Source: Alphaproteobacteria bacterium
GTDB lineage: Bacteria > Pseudomonadota > Alphaproteobacteria > UBA7887
Length of the DNA: 64,000 nt
Direction of reading: 5' to 3'
NCBI GenBank assembly: GCA_030739735.1
Contig: JASLYQ010000015.1
Location: 5,733 to 69,732 of the forward strand
A program made the position numbers and the translations under genes. Of this stretch, positions 49,054-62,115 are shown piece by piece (within the stretch, counting starts at the first letter, position 1; the number at the start of each line of letters is the position of its first letter). The notes beneath the pieces were generated by a model that was not told the DNA's origin, made no database searches, and saw nothing but the letters and a program-made list of their open reading frames with translations.

Positions 49054-50624
49054 GGTCGCATGGCGAAGCTGGCGCGCCCTGGTTCACGCAAAGGTGCCAC
49101 GAGGTTGGCAAACTCGCAAAGTAGTGGGCGGGTGTCGCGGGGGTCGATGATCTCCTCGACGCCGTAGCGCTCGGCGGTGCGAAAGGGCGAGCGCACCGCT
49201 TCCAGGCGCTCGAGAATCTCCGCCTGCATCTTCTGCGGGTCATCGGCCTTTTCCAGGTCCGCCTTCCAAGCCGCTTCAATGCCACCCTCGACGGGTAGCG
49301 AGCCCCAGTCCCCGGATGGCCAAGCGTAGCGGTAGTGGAAGCGGCTCTGGTTGGCATGGCCTGCACCCGCCACCCCGAAGGCCTTGCGCATGACGACCGA
49401 ACACCAGGGCACACGTGCCTGGTAAATTGCAGCGAGCGCACGGGTGCCGTGGCGAATGGTTGCGGCCTTCTCGTGGGCAACGCCGATGGCGAAGCCGGGG
49501 CAGTCGACCAGATGCACCACGGGCAGGTGGAAGGTCTCGGCAAGATCGACGAAACGGGTCACCTTGAGTGCTGCATCCGCAGTCCAGCCACCGGCAAAGA
49601 CATAAGGATCGCCGGCCAGCAACGCCACCGGCCAGCCGTCGAGGCGCGCCAGCCCGGTAATCGCCGAGCGGCCGAAGCGGGCGCCCATCTCGAGAAAGCT
49701 GCCTGCGTCCACGACGGCCTCGATGACGGGGCGCATTTTGTATATCTTGCGCCGGTCGCGCGGCACCACGTCGATGAGGAAGTCCTCGCGGCGCTCCGTC
49801 GGATCATGGCTCGGCCCACGCGACGGCACGTCCCAGATCGAGGATGGCAGGTAGGATAGGAAGCGACGGGTACGCGCGAAGGCCTCGTCCTCACTGTCGA
49901 CCGCATCATCGACCGCACCATTGGTGGTGTGGATGTCTGAGCCGCCCAGCCCTTCCTTGTCAACTTGCGCACCTAGCCGGTTGACCACCGGCGGACCGGC
50001 CACGAACATCTGCGACTGGCCCTTGACCATGAGCGAATAGTGGCTGGCCGCGACGCGCGCCGCTCCGAGCCCCGCCACAGGCCCGAGCGCCAGCGCTACC
50101 ACCGGAACCGTCGCCATGTTCTCGACCACCCACTCCCAGGCGGGGTTGGCTGGCAGATAGGTGTGGCCCTCGGTCTCGACAGTGCGGACCGAGCCGCCCC
50201 CGCCGGTCCCCTCGACCAAGCGCACGATGGGCATGCGCAGCTCGTTCGCCATCTGTTCAGCAGCAATCTGTTTGGCACGAATACCAGCATCAGCCGCACC
50301 GCCACGAATCGTGAAATCATCCGCCGAGACAGTAACCGGCTGGGACTCTATGCGACCGCGGCCCATGACTACGTTGGAGGCGCGGAAGCTTTTCAGGCTA
50401 CCGTCATCGCCATAGTCGGCAACGCCGGCGATGGCGCCGATCTCGTGAAAGCTTCCGGGGTCCAACAACCGTTCGATGCGCTCGCGCACCGTCAGACGAC
50501 CGTTATCGTGCTGGCGCTTTATCTTCTCCGGCCCGCCCATTTCGCGAGCCATAGCCTCGCGGCGCCTGAGTTCTTCGATCTCGGGGCGCCAGCCCTTGGC
50601 GCTTCGCTCCACCTCGTCGTCCAT
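49050..50624 (-). CDS. acyl-CoA carboxylase carboxyltransferase subunit (PCC-beta/MCC-beta-like)
   Basis: Two crotonase-like carboxyltransferase halves, about 524 aa from MDDEV. No biotin carboxylase or BCCP gene is nearby. Confidence 0.7.
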   Translation of the reverse strand: MDDEVERSAKGWRPEIEELRRREAMAREMGGPEKIKRQHDNGRLTVRERIERLLDPGSFHEIGAIAGVADYGDDGSLKSFRASNVVMGRGRIESQPVTVSADDFTIRGGAADAGIRAKQIAAEQMANELRMPIVRLVEGTGGGGSVRTVETEGHTYLPANPAWEWVVENMATVPVVALALGPVAGLGAARVAASHYSLMVKGQSQMFVAGPPVVNRLGAQVDKEGLGGSDIHTTNGAVDDAVDSEDEAFARTRRFLSYLPSSIWDVPSRGPSHDPTERREDFLIDVVPRDRRKIYKMRPVIEAVVDAGSFLEMGARFGRSAITGLARLDGWPVALLAGDPYVFAGGWTADAALKVTRFVDLAETFHLPVVHLVDCPGFAIGVAHEKAATIRHGTRALAAIYQARVPWCSVVMRKAFGVAGAGHANQSRFHYRYAWPSGDWGSLPVEGGIEAAWKADLEKADDPQKMQAEILERLEAVRSPFRTAERYGVEEIIDPRDTRPLLCEFANLVAPLREPGRASFAMRP

Positions 50625-50797
50625 GAAATTCCTCACATTTGTCTGATGCGCCCGATCCAAGCGCAATCGACGCGCCACCGCAAGGCGCCAGCACTCATGC
50701 CCATTGACCGCACAGCACGGAGCATGAAAAACTGCCGAATCTGGCCGACTGCAGCTGTGCAGCATGCCGTATGAATAGGGTAAAGGGGGGTCTACCC

Positions 50798-52753
50798 ATG
50801 GAAGCCAAGGTCATCTGGCTTTTCGTCTTCGTACTGCTCTACTGGTCGTATTGTATCTTCTGGGGTGTCAAGGGCGCCCTGACAGCACGCACCGCCAGCG
50901 ATTATTTCATCGCCGGGCGCGGCATATCGATCTGGGTTTTCGTGCTGGCGGCCACCGCCACATCATTCTCGGGCTGGACCTTCATGGGCCACCCCGGTCT
51001 AATCTATCGTGACGGCCTCCCATACGCCTACGCCTCGTTCTACGCCATCACCATCCCCTTTACTGGGGTAATGTTCCTTAAGCGACAATGGATGATCGGC
51101 AAGCGCTTCGGCTTCGTCACGCCAGGCGAGATGCTGTCGGACTACTTCCGCTCCGACTCAATCCGACTCCTAGTGGTGATCGTGGCGCTGGTCTTCTCGG
51201 TGCCCTATCTCGGCGTGCAGCTACGCGCTTCCGGCTTCCTCTTCAACGTGCTGACCGACGGCATGCTCGATGTCAATGTCGGCATGTGGCTGCTGTCCGC
51301 GGTGGTGATAATCTACGTCGCCTCGGGCGGGCTGCGTGCAGTGGCCTATGTGGACACCGTACAGTGCGTCCTGCTGGCGGGCGGCATTATCGCCATTGGC
51401 ATCATCACGCTGAACAGTGTCGGCGGCATGGGCAACCTGATCGAGGGCATTGCCGCGCTGACGACGATAGACGAGAAGCTAACACCGGCAGGCTATAGCC
51501 ATTACATCGCCATTCCCGGCGTGATCCAGTTCGTCGATGCGGGTGCCAAAGCGACCGGCGGCGCCTGGACCGGCATCATGGTGCTCACCTATATGTTCGC
51601 GCTGATGGGCATCCAGTCGGCACCGGCCTTCACCATGTGGGCGTTTTCGAACAAGAGCCCGAAGCCGTTCGCGCCACAACAGGTCTGGGCCTCGTCCTTC
51701 GCGATCGGCCTGATCCTGTTCTTCTTCACCGCCATCCAGGGCATGGGCTCGCATTTGCTCGGTGCCGATACGGCACTGCTCGCCGCCCATCCTGAGGTGG
51801 TGAACAATGTTATGGGCGGCGGTCTCGGCGGCAAGGATCTGATGGAGGCGACCGGCAAGCAAGGCATGCTAGTGCCCCAGCTGATTAACCTGATGGCTGA
51901 CACAGCACCCTGGCTGGTTGGCCTGCTCTCGGTTTGTGCGCTGGCCGCCATGCAGTCGACGGGTGCGGCCTATATGTCGACGGCAGGCGGCATGCTGACC
52001 CGTGATCTGCTCAAGCACTACCTGATACCAGATGCCAGCCACGCCCAACAGAAGCTGGCCGGCCGTATTGGTGTGGTGATCATCGTGCTGGCAGCGCTCT
52101 TCGTGGCCACGGTATCGTCGGACGCGCTGGTTCTGCTCGGCGGTCTTGCGGTTGCTTACGGCTTCCAGATGTGGCCCTCGCTGATCGCCATTTGCTGGTG
52201 GCCCTATCTCACCCGCGCCGGCGTGACCTTAGGCCTGGTCGCCGGGCTCATTGCGGTGACGCTGACCGAATCGATCGGCCAGAAGCTGGGCATCACCGGC
52301 TGGGGTCGTTGGCCGCTGACCATCCATTCGGCGGGCTGGGGCATTCTATTCAACCTCGGCACGGCTATCATCGTCTCGCGCTTCACCCAGAATGCTGATG
52401 ATCTCGCACACAAGATGGTCTTCCACAACTTCCTGCGTGAGCATGCCGGCCTGCCCGAAAGCAAGCGGCATCTGATCCCGCGGGCCTGGGCGATCACCCT
52501 GGTCTGGTTCATGTTTGGCATCGGGCCAGGCGCTGTAATCGGCAACACCATTTTTGGCTCACCCGTCGATGCCACCACCTGGATGTTCGGCATTCCGTCG
52601 ATCTGGGCCTGGCAGATTCTGTGGTGGGGCCTGGGAGTGTTCATGATGTGGTTCCTGGCCTACAAGATGGAGTTGTCGACGGTGCCGCTGCGCGATGTCG
52701 AGGCGCTACAAGAGGATATCGGCGACATCCGGCTCGCCCCAGACAAGCCTTAA
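50798..52753 (+). CDS. sodium:solute symporter family transporter (extended C-terminus)
   Basis: SSS signature (FIAGRGISIWVFVLAATATSFSGWTFMGHPG). At about 651 aa it is longer than typical SSS proteins, with extra C-terminal helices. Confidence 0.8.
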   Translation: MEAKVIWLFVFVLLYWSYCIFWGVKGALTARTASDYFIAGRGISIWVFVLAATATSFSGWTFMGHPGLIYRDGLPYAYASFYAITIPFTGVMFLKRQWMIGKRFGFVTPGEMLSDYFRSDSIRLLVVIVALVFSVPYLGVQLRASGFLFNVLTDGMLDVNVGMWLLSAVVIIYVASGGLRAVAYVDTVQCVLLAGGIIAIGIITLNSVGGMGNLIEGIAALTTIDEKLTPAGYSHYIAIPGVIQFVDAGAKATGGAWTGIMVLTYMFALMGIQSAPAFTMWAFSNKSPKPFAPQQVWASSFAIGLILFFFTAIQGMGSHLLGADTALLAAHPEVVNNVMGGGLGGKDLMEATGKQGMLVPQLINLMADTAPWLVGLLSVCALAAMQSTGAAYMSTAGGMLTRDLLKHYLIPDASHAQQKLAGRIGVVIIVLAALFVATVSSDALVLLGGLAVAYGFQMWPSLIAICWWPYLTRAGVTLGLVAGLIAVTLTESIGQKLGITGWGRWPLTIHSAGWGILFNLGTAIIVSRFTQNADDLAHKMVFHNFLREHAGLPESKRHLIPRAWAITLVWFMFGIGPGAVIGNTIFGSPVDATTWMFGIPSIWAWQILWWGLGVFMMWFLAYKMELSTVPLRDVEALQEDIGDIRLAPDKP

Positions 52754-52779
52754 GGCGCACGCGTCGCGAGGGTCGGGCG

Positions 52780-53007
52780 ATGAGCCAGAGCGGCTATCTC
52801 GCCTGGAGTCTGGCGCTCGCCGCAGTGCTGTGGTGGCCTGTCGGGCGCATCGTCTGGGTGATGGCGGTGCGCCGACTTGAACGGAAGCTGGACCGCGAGC
52901 TCGACGTGGCGGAGGTCACGGCGCAGCGGCGTCGTGCCTGGCTGCTTGCCTTGCCGCTCTGCCTGGTCTTTGCAGGCCTATTCAATTTGCGCCTGCTTGA
53001 AGGATGA
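52780..53007 (+). CDS. small 2-TM membrane protein
   Basis: 75 aa with two hydrophobic helices separated by an Arg-rich loop. It starts 27 nt after the SSS stop, and its own stop overlaps the next ATG. Confidence 0.4.
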   Translation: MSQSGYLAWSLALAAVLWWPVGRIVWVMAVRRLERKLDRELDVAEVTAQRRRAWLLALPLCLVFAGLFNLRLLEG

Positions 53008-53573
53008 GCACCGTGGCCTGGAAGCGCCTGGCAGTCTGCCTCGGCCTGGCGACGGCGGCGTGGTTTCTCTACGACATGCTTATCGCTGGCCGCAACCCGG
53101 CGCTCGATGCTCAGTCGGCAGCCGACAGATTGTTTGAGGACGGCGCCTACGAGCGCGCCCTGACGCTGTACCGCGAGCGCAACACCATCGAGCCCAGCAA
53201 CGCCTTTGCACTACGCGGCATCGCCCTTAGCCTGATGCAGCTTAGCCACCACAACGAAGCGCTCGGCGCCTTCGCTGCCGCCATCGACGCCGATCCCGAC
53301 GATGCCAACGCCTTCGCCAACCGTGGCATCCTGCACGACCGCATGGGCAACTATGCGCGAGCCATGGTCGACTATCGCCAGGCGCTCAGCCTTGATGCCG
53401 AGATTGCCGACGGCCCGGGCTGGCTCACGCGCTTCCTGCGCAACCAACCCGACCGACCGCCCTCGATCGCCGACCGCCTGGCCTATCTCGAAGCCGAGTT
53501 CGACAAGCCCGAGGCCGAACGCGTGCTACGCTCGCCCGAGATAGACGCCGAGCAACGGCCGTATCAGCAGTGA
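53004..53573 (+). CDS. TPR-repeat protein with N-terminal membrane anchor/signal
   Basis: Hydrophobic N-terminus followed by about 3 TPR units (AFALRGIAL...ANAFANRGILHDRMGNYARAMVDYRQAL). Confidence 0.6.
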   Translation: MSTVAWKRLAVCLGLATAAWFLYDMLIAGRNPALDAQSAADRLFEDGAYERALTLYRERNTIEPSNAFALRGIALSLMQLSHHNEALGAFAAAIDADPDDANAFANRGILHDRMGNYARAMVDYRQALSLDAEIADGPGWLTRFLRNQPDRPPSIADRLAYLEAEFDKPEAERVLRSPEIDAEQRPYQQ

Positions 53574-53605
53574 GAGGGTGGCCCGCAGAGCCGTGACAGC
53601 TTACC

Positions 53606-56051
<2,446 letters not shown>

Positions 56052-56085
56052 AGCGCCGAGAATCTACCTTACTCGCGCCGGGAAG

Positions 56086-57660
56086 TCAGAATTTCAATGA
56101 CTTGGCCTGAACCACGCCGTCGAGCGCGCGCAGCGCTGCGAGCAAGTCCGTTGGCACTTCCTGGTCGATCTCGACCAGGGCCATGGCCTCACCGCCTGCC
56201 TCACTACGGCCGAGGTGGAAGGTGGCGATATTGATGCCGGCATCGCCCAGCATTTTGGCAAAGGCGCCGACCATACCCGGTTGGTCGCGGTTCTTGATGT
56301 AAAGCATGTTCGTGCCGATACCGGCGTCCATGGCAATGCCCTCGATCTCAGTGATGCGCGGACGCTCGCCGAGTAACGTGCCCGAGATGCTGCGCGTGCG
56401 CCGCTCGGTAGTCACAGTCAGGCTTACCAGGGTATGATAGTCGCAACGGCCGTCGAAAAGGATCTCGCGCACGTTGATCTCGCGCTCCTTGGCCATGAGC
56501 GGCGCGTTGACCATGTTAACGCCTTCGAGCTGCGGCGCCAGCAGGCCCTGCAGCACGACGGCGGTTACCGGCCGGCAGTTGAGGGTCGTCGCATGGCCTT
56601 CGAACTGGAGCGACACCGACGTGATACCGCTCTCGGTGATCTGCCCAGCGAACCCTCCGAGCTGACGCGCAAGCACCATATAGGGCTCGAGCTTTGGCGC
56701 CTCCTCAGCTGTCACCGAGGGCATGTTCAGCGCGTTGGTCACAGCGCCGTCGAGCAAGTAGTCGGCCATCTGCTCAGCAACCTGCACCGCGACCTTCTCT
56801 TGCGCTTCGCTGGTCGAGGCGCCGAGATGGGGTGTAGCGATGACCTGCTCGAAGGCAAACAGCGGGCTCTCGCCGACAGGCTCAGTCTCAAACACGTCGA
56901 GCGCGGCGCCGGCAACATGACCGGTTTCGATCGCCGCCGCCAGATCCGCCTCGTTGACCAAGCCGCCGCGGGCGCAATTGACGATACGCACACCCTTCCG
57001 TGTCTTGGCCAGGGCAGCTGCGTCGAGAATATTGCGCGTACTATCGCTAAGCGGCGTATGCAGGCTGATGATATCGGCCCGTGCCAGCAGCGCGTCGAAC
57101 TCCACTTTCTCCAGTGCCAACTCCGCCGCTCGCTCACCAGACATGTAGGGGTCGTAGGCGATGACGCGCATCTTCAGACCCTGCGCTCGATCGGCCACGA
57201 TAGAGCCGATATTACCGCAGCCGATCAGGCCGAGCGTCTTTCCGGCTAGCTCGACACCCATGAAGCGCGACTTCTCCCATTTACCTGAGCGCGTCGAGGC
57301 GTCAGCCTGGGGAATGCGCCGCGCCAGTGCCATCATCATGGCGACGGCGTGCTCGGCCGTGGTCACCGAATTTCCGAAGGGCGTGTTCATGACGACAACG
57401 CCGTTGGCGGTGGCCGCGGGCACGTCAACATTATCAACGCCGATGCCAGCCCGCCCGACCACACGCAGTTGCTTCGCCGCTGCCAACACCTCGGCCGCGA
57501 CCTTAGTGGCCGAGCGGATGGCTAGCCCATCACAATCCACGATGCGCTCAAGCAGCGTTTCCGCATCGAGGCCGGGGGCCTCATCGACTTCGATGCCGCG
57601 GTTGCGAAAGACCTCCGCCGCGAGCGGACTAAGCTTGTCAGATATTAGGACTTTTGGCAT
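56086..57660 (-). CDS. serA: D-3-phosphoglycerate dehydrogenase
   Basis: MPKVLISDKL N-terminus, a 2-hydroxyacid dehydrogenase core and a C-terminal ACT domain. The ATG at 57660 was verified. Confidence 0.9.
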   Translation of the reverse strand: MPKVLISDKLSPLAAEVFRNRGIEVDEAPGLDAETLLERIVDCDGLAIRSATKVAAEVLAAAKQLRVVGRAGIGVDNVDVPAATANGVVVMNTPFGNSVTTAEHAVAMMMALARRIPQADASTRSGKWEKSRFMGVELAGKTLGLIGCGNIGSIVADRAQGLKMRVIAYDPYMSGERAAELALEKVEFDALLARADIISLHTPLSDSTRNILDAAALAKTRKGVRIVNCARGGLVNEADLAAAIETGHVAGAALDVFETEPVGESPLFAFEQVIATPHLGASTSEAQEKVAVQVAEQMADYLLDGAVTNALNMPSVTAEEAPKLEPYMVLARQLGGFAGQITESGITSVSLQFEGHATTLNCRPVTAVVLQGLLAPQLEGVNMVNAPLMAKEREINVREILFDGRCDYHTLVSLTVTTERRTRSISGTLLGERPRITEIEGIAMDAGIGTNMLYIKNRDQPGMVGAFAKMLGDAGINIATFHLGRSEAGGEAMALVEIDQEVPTDLLAALRALDGVVQAKSLKF

Positions 57661-57685
57661 GGCGCTTGGTCTTACTCCAGCGTGA

Positions 57686-58843
57686 TTAGGCGGCCGCACA
57701 GGCCTCGGCGAAAGCCCAGTCGAGCCATGGCAGCAGGGCATCGATGTCGTCGGTTTCGATGGTAGCACCGGCCCAGATACGCAAACCCGGCGGGGCGTCG
57801 CGATAGGCGGCGATATCGAAGGCGACGCCTTCGCGCGCCAACACCGCGGCGATACTCTTGGCAAAAGCGCGCTGGGCCGTCTCGTCGAGCCCAGAGAACC
57901 AGGGATCAACAATCTTGAGACAGACCGAGGTAGGCGAGCGCACAGCCGGGTCGGCAGCGAGGAATTCGACCCAGTCTGTCTTTGCTACCCAAGCCGCAAT
58001 GCGCGCGAGATTTTTCTCGCTGCGCGCCACCAGTACCACGCTACCGCCAAGAGACTTAGCCCAGCGTAGGGCATCGAGCACATCCTCAACGCAGAGCATA
58101 GACGGCGTGTTGATGGTCTCGCCCTTGAAGATCCCCTCCATCAGTTTGCCGCCTTTGGTGAGGCGGAAGATCTTCGGCAGCGGCCAGGCCGGTGTGTAGG
58201 TCTGCAAGCGCACCACCGCCCGGGGGCTGAGCGCCAGCATGCCGTGCTGGCCTTCACCACCGAGTACCTTCTGCCACGACCAGGTCACCACGTCGAGCTT
58301 GTCCCAAGGCAGATCCATGGCGAAGACGGCGGACGTGGCATCGCACAACACCAGGCCCTCGCGGTCGTCAGATATCCAGTCACCGTTGGGCACGCGTACA
58401 CCGGAGGTAGTACCGTTCCAGGTGAAGACTACATCGCGCTCTGGCAAAACCTGTGACAGGTCCGGTAGGGTGCCATAATCGGCCTCAAGCTTGCGGACGT
58501 CATCTAGCTTTAATTGCGAGACGATATCGCCGACCCAGCCCTTTCCAAAGCTCTCCCAGGCCAGCACGTCGACGCCGCGCGCGCCAAGCAGCGACCACAT
58601 GGCCATCTCAAAGGCGCCGGTATCCGACGCTGGCACGATGCCGAGGCGCCAATCGGCTGGCAGCCCGAGAAGCTCGCGGCTCAGGTCGATCACCTCGACG
58701 AGACGCGCCCTAGCGTCGCTGGCCCTGTGCGAGCGGCCGACCAAGGCATCTTCGAGCGCCCGAAGCGACCATCCCGGGCGCTTGGCGCAGGGCCCCGAGG
58801 AGAAGCGGGGCATGGCCGACTTGCGGCCCGGTTTATCTGTCAT
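57686..58843 (-). CDS. serC: phosphoserine aminotransferase
   Basis: [17 protein letters not shown]-terminus of the alphaproteobacterial SerC type. Confidence 0.85.
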   Translation of the reverse strand: MTDKPGRKSAMPRFSSGPCAKRPGWSLRALEDALVGRSHRASDARARLVEVIDLSRELLGLPADWRLGIVPASDTGAFEMAMWSLLGARGVDVLAWESFGKGWVGDIVSQLKLDDVRKLEADYGTLPDLSQVLPERDVVFTWNGTTSGVRVPNGDWISDDREGLVLCDATSAVFAMDLPWDKLDVVTWSWQKVLGGEGQHGMLALSPRAVVRLQTYTPAWPLPKIFRLTKGGKLMEGIFKGETINTPSMLCVEDVLDALRWAKSLGGSVVLVARSEKNLARIAAWVAKTDWVEFLAADPAVRSPTSVCLKIVDPWFSGLDETAQRAFAKSIAAVLAREGVAFDIAAYRDAPPGLRIWAGATIETDDIDALLPWLDWAFAEACAAA

Positions 58844-59224
58844 GGAAGTCGATCTTGTGTGCGGTGCAACAAAGGGCGCGGAGCATAGGCGTCCGCGGAC
58901 TTTGCGTCAACAACACAAGGCGGCATGTCCACCCGCGAGACGAGCAACTTACGATCGTTCACGACCAGTTATCCGAGGCGTTTGTTGCATGCGTGATAGC
59001 ATTTTTTCGGTTTCACAACGAGAGCAATCGGGAGGGAGAAACGATCGCGAATATCGTTAGCAGAATGGACCTCGACAAGCTCAAGGTGTTCCGTTCGACG
59101 CTTGGTGAACCCCCGGTGATCCAGGGACGTGAGGCCCACGGCATCTGGGCAGTCCATTCCGGACGCAGTACCATTCATATTGGATCTTACGAGCAGGGCG
59201 ACGATAGCAATCACCAAATCGTGA

Positions 59225-59869
59225 TCACGCGCGCTTTTCCAGCCCACTCTGCTGCAAGCGCCAGAGCAGCAAATCTAGCCGGTCCTGGCCGAAGAAGGGC
59301 TCACCGTTAAAGACCAGGGTCGGCACGCCCCAGTGGCCAGCAGCGGTCAGTTCCGCCTCGTTGGTGACGAGAACGGCGTCAAGATGCTCGCCGGCAGCAG
59401 CCTCCAAAGCAGCCGGATCAAGACCGGCGCGGCGCGCGGCGCGGGCCAAGTGCTCCCCCTCCTGCCAGTTATCGACATCGCCGGTCCAGATAACACGCGA
59501 AACCTCGTCGAGATAAGCGAGGCCCCGGCCCATCTCGGTCGCCGCCACGCCCAGGCGATTGAGACGATGGATGTAAGGTTGCTCGGCAGCGATGGCGCGG
59601 GTCCGCATGTCCATCACGACAGGATCGGGCTGCGGCCAGCGGAAGGGTATGCCGGCATGCTCGGCGACACGGTGTGAATCGCGTACCACATAGGACGGCA
59701 TCAGGGGATCGACGCGCTCAAAGAAGGCGGGATCACGAATGGCAATGGGGCTCACAACATGCACAGCCACATCGAGGTCCCAGGTATTCGCAAGATCCAC
59801 GAGGCGCCCCGTCGCGAGGTACGAGTAGGGGCTGCGGAAGGACCAGTAGAGCGCGACGGTCAAAGTCAT
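59225..59869 (-). CDS. 2-hydroxychromene-2-carboxylate isomerase / DsbA-like family protein
   Basis: LYWSFRSPYSYL...HWGVPTLVFNGEPFFGQDRL; second member of this family in the window. Confidence 0.75.
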   Translation of the reverse strand: MTLTVALYWSFRSPYSYLATGRLVDLANTWDLDVAVHVVSPIAIRDPAFFERVDPLMPSYVVRDSHRVAEHAGIPFRWPQPDPVVMDMRTRAIAAEQPYIHRLNRLGVAATEMGRGLAYLDEVSRVIWTGDVDNWQEGEHLARAARRAGLDPAALEAAAGEHLDAVLVTNEAELTAAGHWGVPTLVFNGEPFFGQDRLDLLLWRLQQSGLEKRA

Positions 59870-60666
59870 GAGGCAACCTCAAGGGGATGGGCATGGTTGA
59901 GCGGCCCGTGGCCCTGGCCGAAGCCCGGAGCCCTCAAGATCGCAGCGTGAACATAGGCATGGGCACGCGCCACCGCGGCCGTAAGTGGCAGGCCCTGTGC
60001 GATACCTGCGGCAATAGCAGAGGCCAGCGTACAGCCGGTGCCATGGGTATGCCGGGTGTCAAGCCGCGGGGCCGTAAAGTGGTGCCGGCCGCAGCCGTCT
60101 AAGAGCAGGTCGACGACAGCCTCGCCCACCATGTGCCCACCTTTCATGAGCACGGCGCTCGCCCCCATATCGCGCAAACGTACTGCGGCTGCAGCCATGC
60201 CGGCCTCATCGGCGATGGTCATGCCGCTCAACGCCTCGGCTTCGGGCACATTGGGCGTGAGAACGGTGGCGAGCGGCAACAACTCGTCGACCAATGCCTG
60301 GTGGGCGTCATCGTGAAGTAGTTTGGCCCCGCCCTTGGCGACCATCACCGGATCGACGATCACGGGCATACCGGGCACCAACTCCCGCAGGCAGCGGGCC
60401 ACGACGGCGATGATGCCGGGACGGTGCAGCATGCCGATCTTGACGGCATCGGCGCCGATGTCCTCAAGTACGACACGGATCTGCTCAGCAATAAAGCTTT
60501 CCGGCACGCCATGGATTGCATGGACGCCTTGCGTGTTCTGCGCTGTCAGCGCGGTCACTGCCGTCGCGGCATAGGCGTTGAGCGCGGTGATGGTCTTGAT
60601 ATCGGCCTGGATTCCCGCGCCTCCACCCGAGTCTGACCCGGCAATAGCCAATACGCGTCCCTTCAA
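59866..60666 (-). CDS. thiD: hydroxymethylpyrimidine/phosphomethylpyrimidine kinase
   Basis: [21 protein letters not shown] motif. Confidence 0.85.
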   Translation of the reverse strand: MKGRVLAIAGSDSGGGAGIQADIKTITALNAYAATAVTALTAQNTQGVHAIHGVPESFIAEQIRVVLEDIGADAVKIGMLHRPGIIAVVARCLRELVPGMPVIVDPVMVAKGGAKLLHDDAHQALVDELLPLATVLTPNVPEAEALSGMTIADEAGMAAAAVRLRDMGASAVLMKGGHMVGEAVVDLLLDGCGRHHFTAPRLDTRHTHGTGCTLASAIAAGIAQGLPLTAAVARAHAYVHAAILRAPGFGQGHGPLNHAHPLEVAS

Positions 60667-62009
60667 CGATTCGCCTCCGTTATCGCTGCGGCAACCTCGG
60701 CTACGGCCGCGGCAACCGTGGCCTCATCTTCGCCTTCCGCCATTACCCGCGCCTTGGGCTCGGTGCCGGACATGCGCAACACCAGTCGCCCAGAACCGGC
60801 GAGCGAGGCTTCTGCTTCGCGCACCGCCTCGGTCACACTTCCGACCTCAAGTACCGCCGCACCGGCACAGGCGACGCTCTCGGCGACTTGCGGCAGGGGC
60901 TCAAAACAATGCGCGGCAGCGCTCGCCGGAGCCTGCGCTTCCTTAAACATCGCCAGTGCCTGCAAGGCTGCGATCAGCCCATCGCCGGTAGTGGCGTGGT
61001 CGGCCAGGATCAGATGACCCGACTGCTCTCCGCCGAAATTGTAGCCATGGGCGCGCATATGTTCGACCACGTAGCGATCACCAACCTGGGTGCGCGCGAG
61101 ATGCAGTCCCCGCGCTTCTAGATGCCGCTCTAGACCCAGATTGGACATCAGCGTCGCCACCACGCCGCCGCCCCTGAGCACGCCGTGGCCATGCAGGTGG
61201 CCTGCTATAAGGGCCAGCAGTTGATCGCCGTCTATGAGCCTGCCTGCCTCGTCGCACATCGCCAAGCGATCAGCGTCACCGTCGAGGGCGATGCCAAAAT
61301 CGGCTCCACATTGGACCACGCGGGCGCACATTGCCTCAGGCGCAGTCGAACCGCAGTCCAGGTTAATGTTGAAGCCGTCCGGCGCGACGCCGAGTGTCTC
61401 CACCTCGGCGCCGAGCTCCCAAAGTACGGTGGGGGCCACGCGGTAAGCGGCGCCGTTGGCGCAGTCAAGCACGACCTTGAGGCCGTCGAGCATCATGCCC
61501 TTGGGGAAGCTCTGCTTGGCGGATTCGATATAACGGCCGGGCGCGTCGTCAAGGCGGTGCGCGCGCCCGAGGTCGGTTGGCGCCGCGAGCGCGTCATCGC
61601 TGCCATTCTCCATGCACGCCTCGATCTCCACCTCGGTGGCGTCCAAAAGCTTGTAGCCATCGGGACCAAATAGCTTGATGCCATTATCGTGGAAAGGATT
61701 GTGCGAAGCCGAGATCATCACCCCAAGATCGGCGCGCAGCGAGCGCGTAAGCATGCCGATGGCGGGTGTCGGCAGTGGCCCGACCAGGATCACGTTCATG
61801 CCCATTGAGACGAAGCCCGACGTCAATGCCGGCTCGATCATGTAGCCCGATAGCCGCGTGTCCTTGCCGATGACCACGCTGTGGCGGTGCTTTCCGCGGG
61901 TGAAGACCCGGCCCGCCGCCATGCCGAGTCTGAGCGCGGTGGTCGCGGTCATGGGCTCGGTATTGGCGCGGCCGCGGACGCCGTCAGTGCCGAAAAGCCT
62001 GCGTGTCAT
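60663..62009 (-). CDS. glmM: phosphoglucosamine mutase
   Basis: [10 protein letters not shown]-terminus and the active-site SASHNP motif. Confidence 0.9.
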   Translation of the reverse strand: MTRRLFGTDGVRGRANTEPMTATTALRLGMAAGRVFTRGKHRHSVVIGKDTRLSGYMIEPALTSGFVSMGMNVILVGPLPTPAIGMLTRSLRADLGVMISASHNPFHDNGIKLFGPDGYKLLDATEVEIEACMENGSDDALAAPTDLGRAHRLDDAPGRYIESAKQSFPKGMMLDGLKVVLDCANGAAYRVAPTVLWELGAEVETLGVAPDGFNINLDCGSTAPEAMCARVVQCGADFGIALDGDADRLAMCDEAGRLIDGDQLLALIAGHLHGHGVLRGGGVVATLMSNLGLERHLEARGLHLARTQVGDRYVVEHMRAHGYNFGGEQSGHLILADHATTGDGLIAALQALAMFKEAQAPASAAAHCFEPLPQVAESVACAGAAVLEVGSVTEAVREAEASLAGSGRLVLRMSGTEPKARVMAEGEDEATVAAAVAEVAAAITEANR

Positions 62010-62115
62010 AGACCCGACATACTCCCTCGCCGGGCGCCAGCGCAAGAGGCCTTTCCCTCAGGCAAAGTCTGACGCACACTGCACCCGATTCAGGCTCCGC
62101 GGTGGGAGGAAGAGC

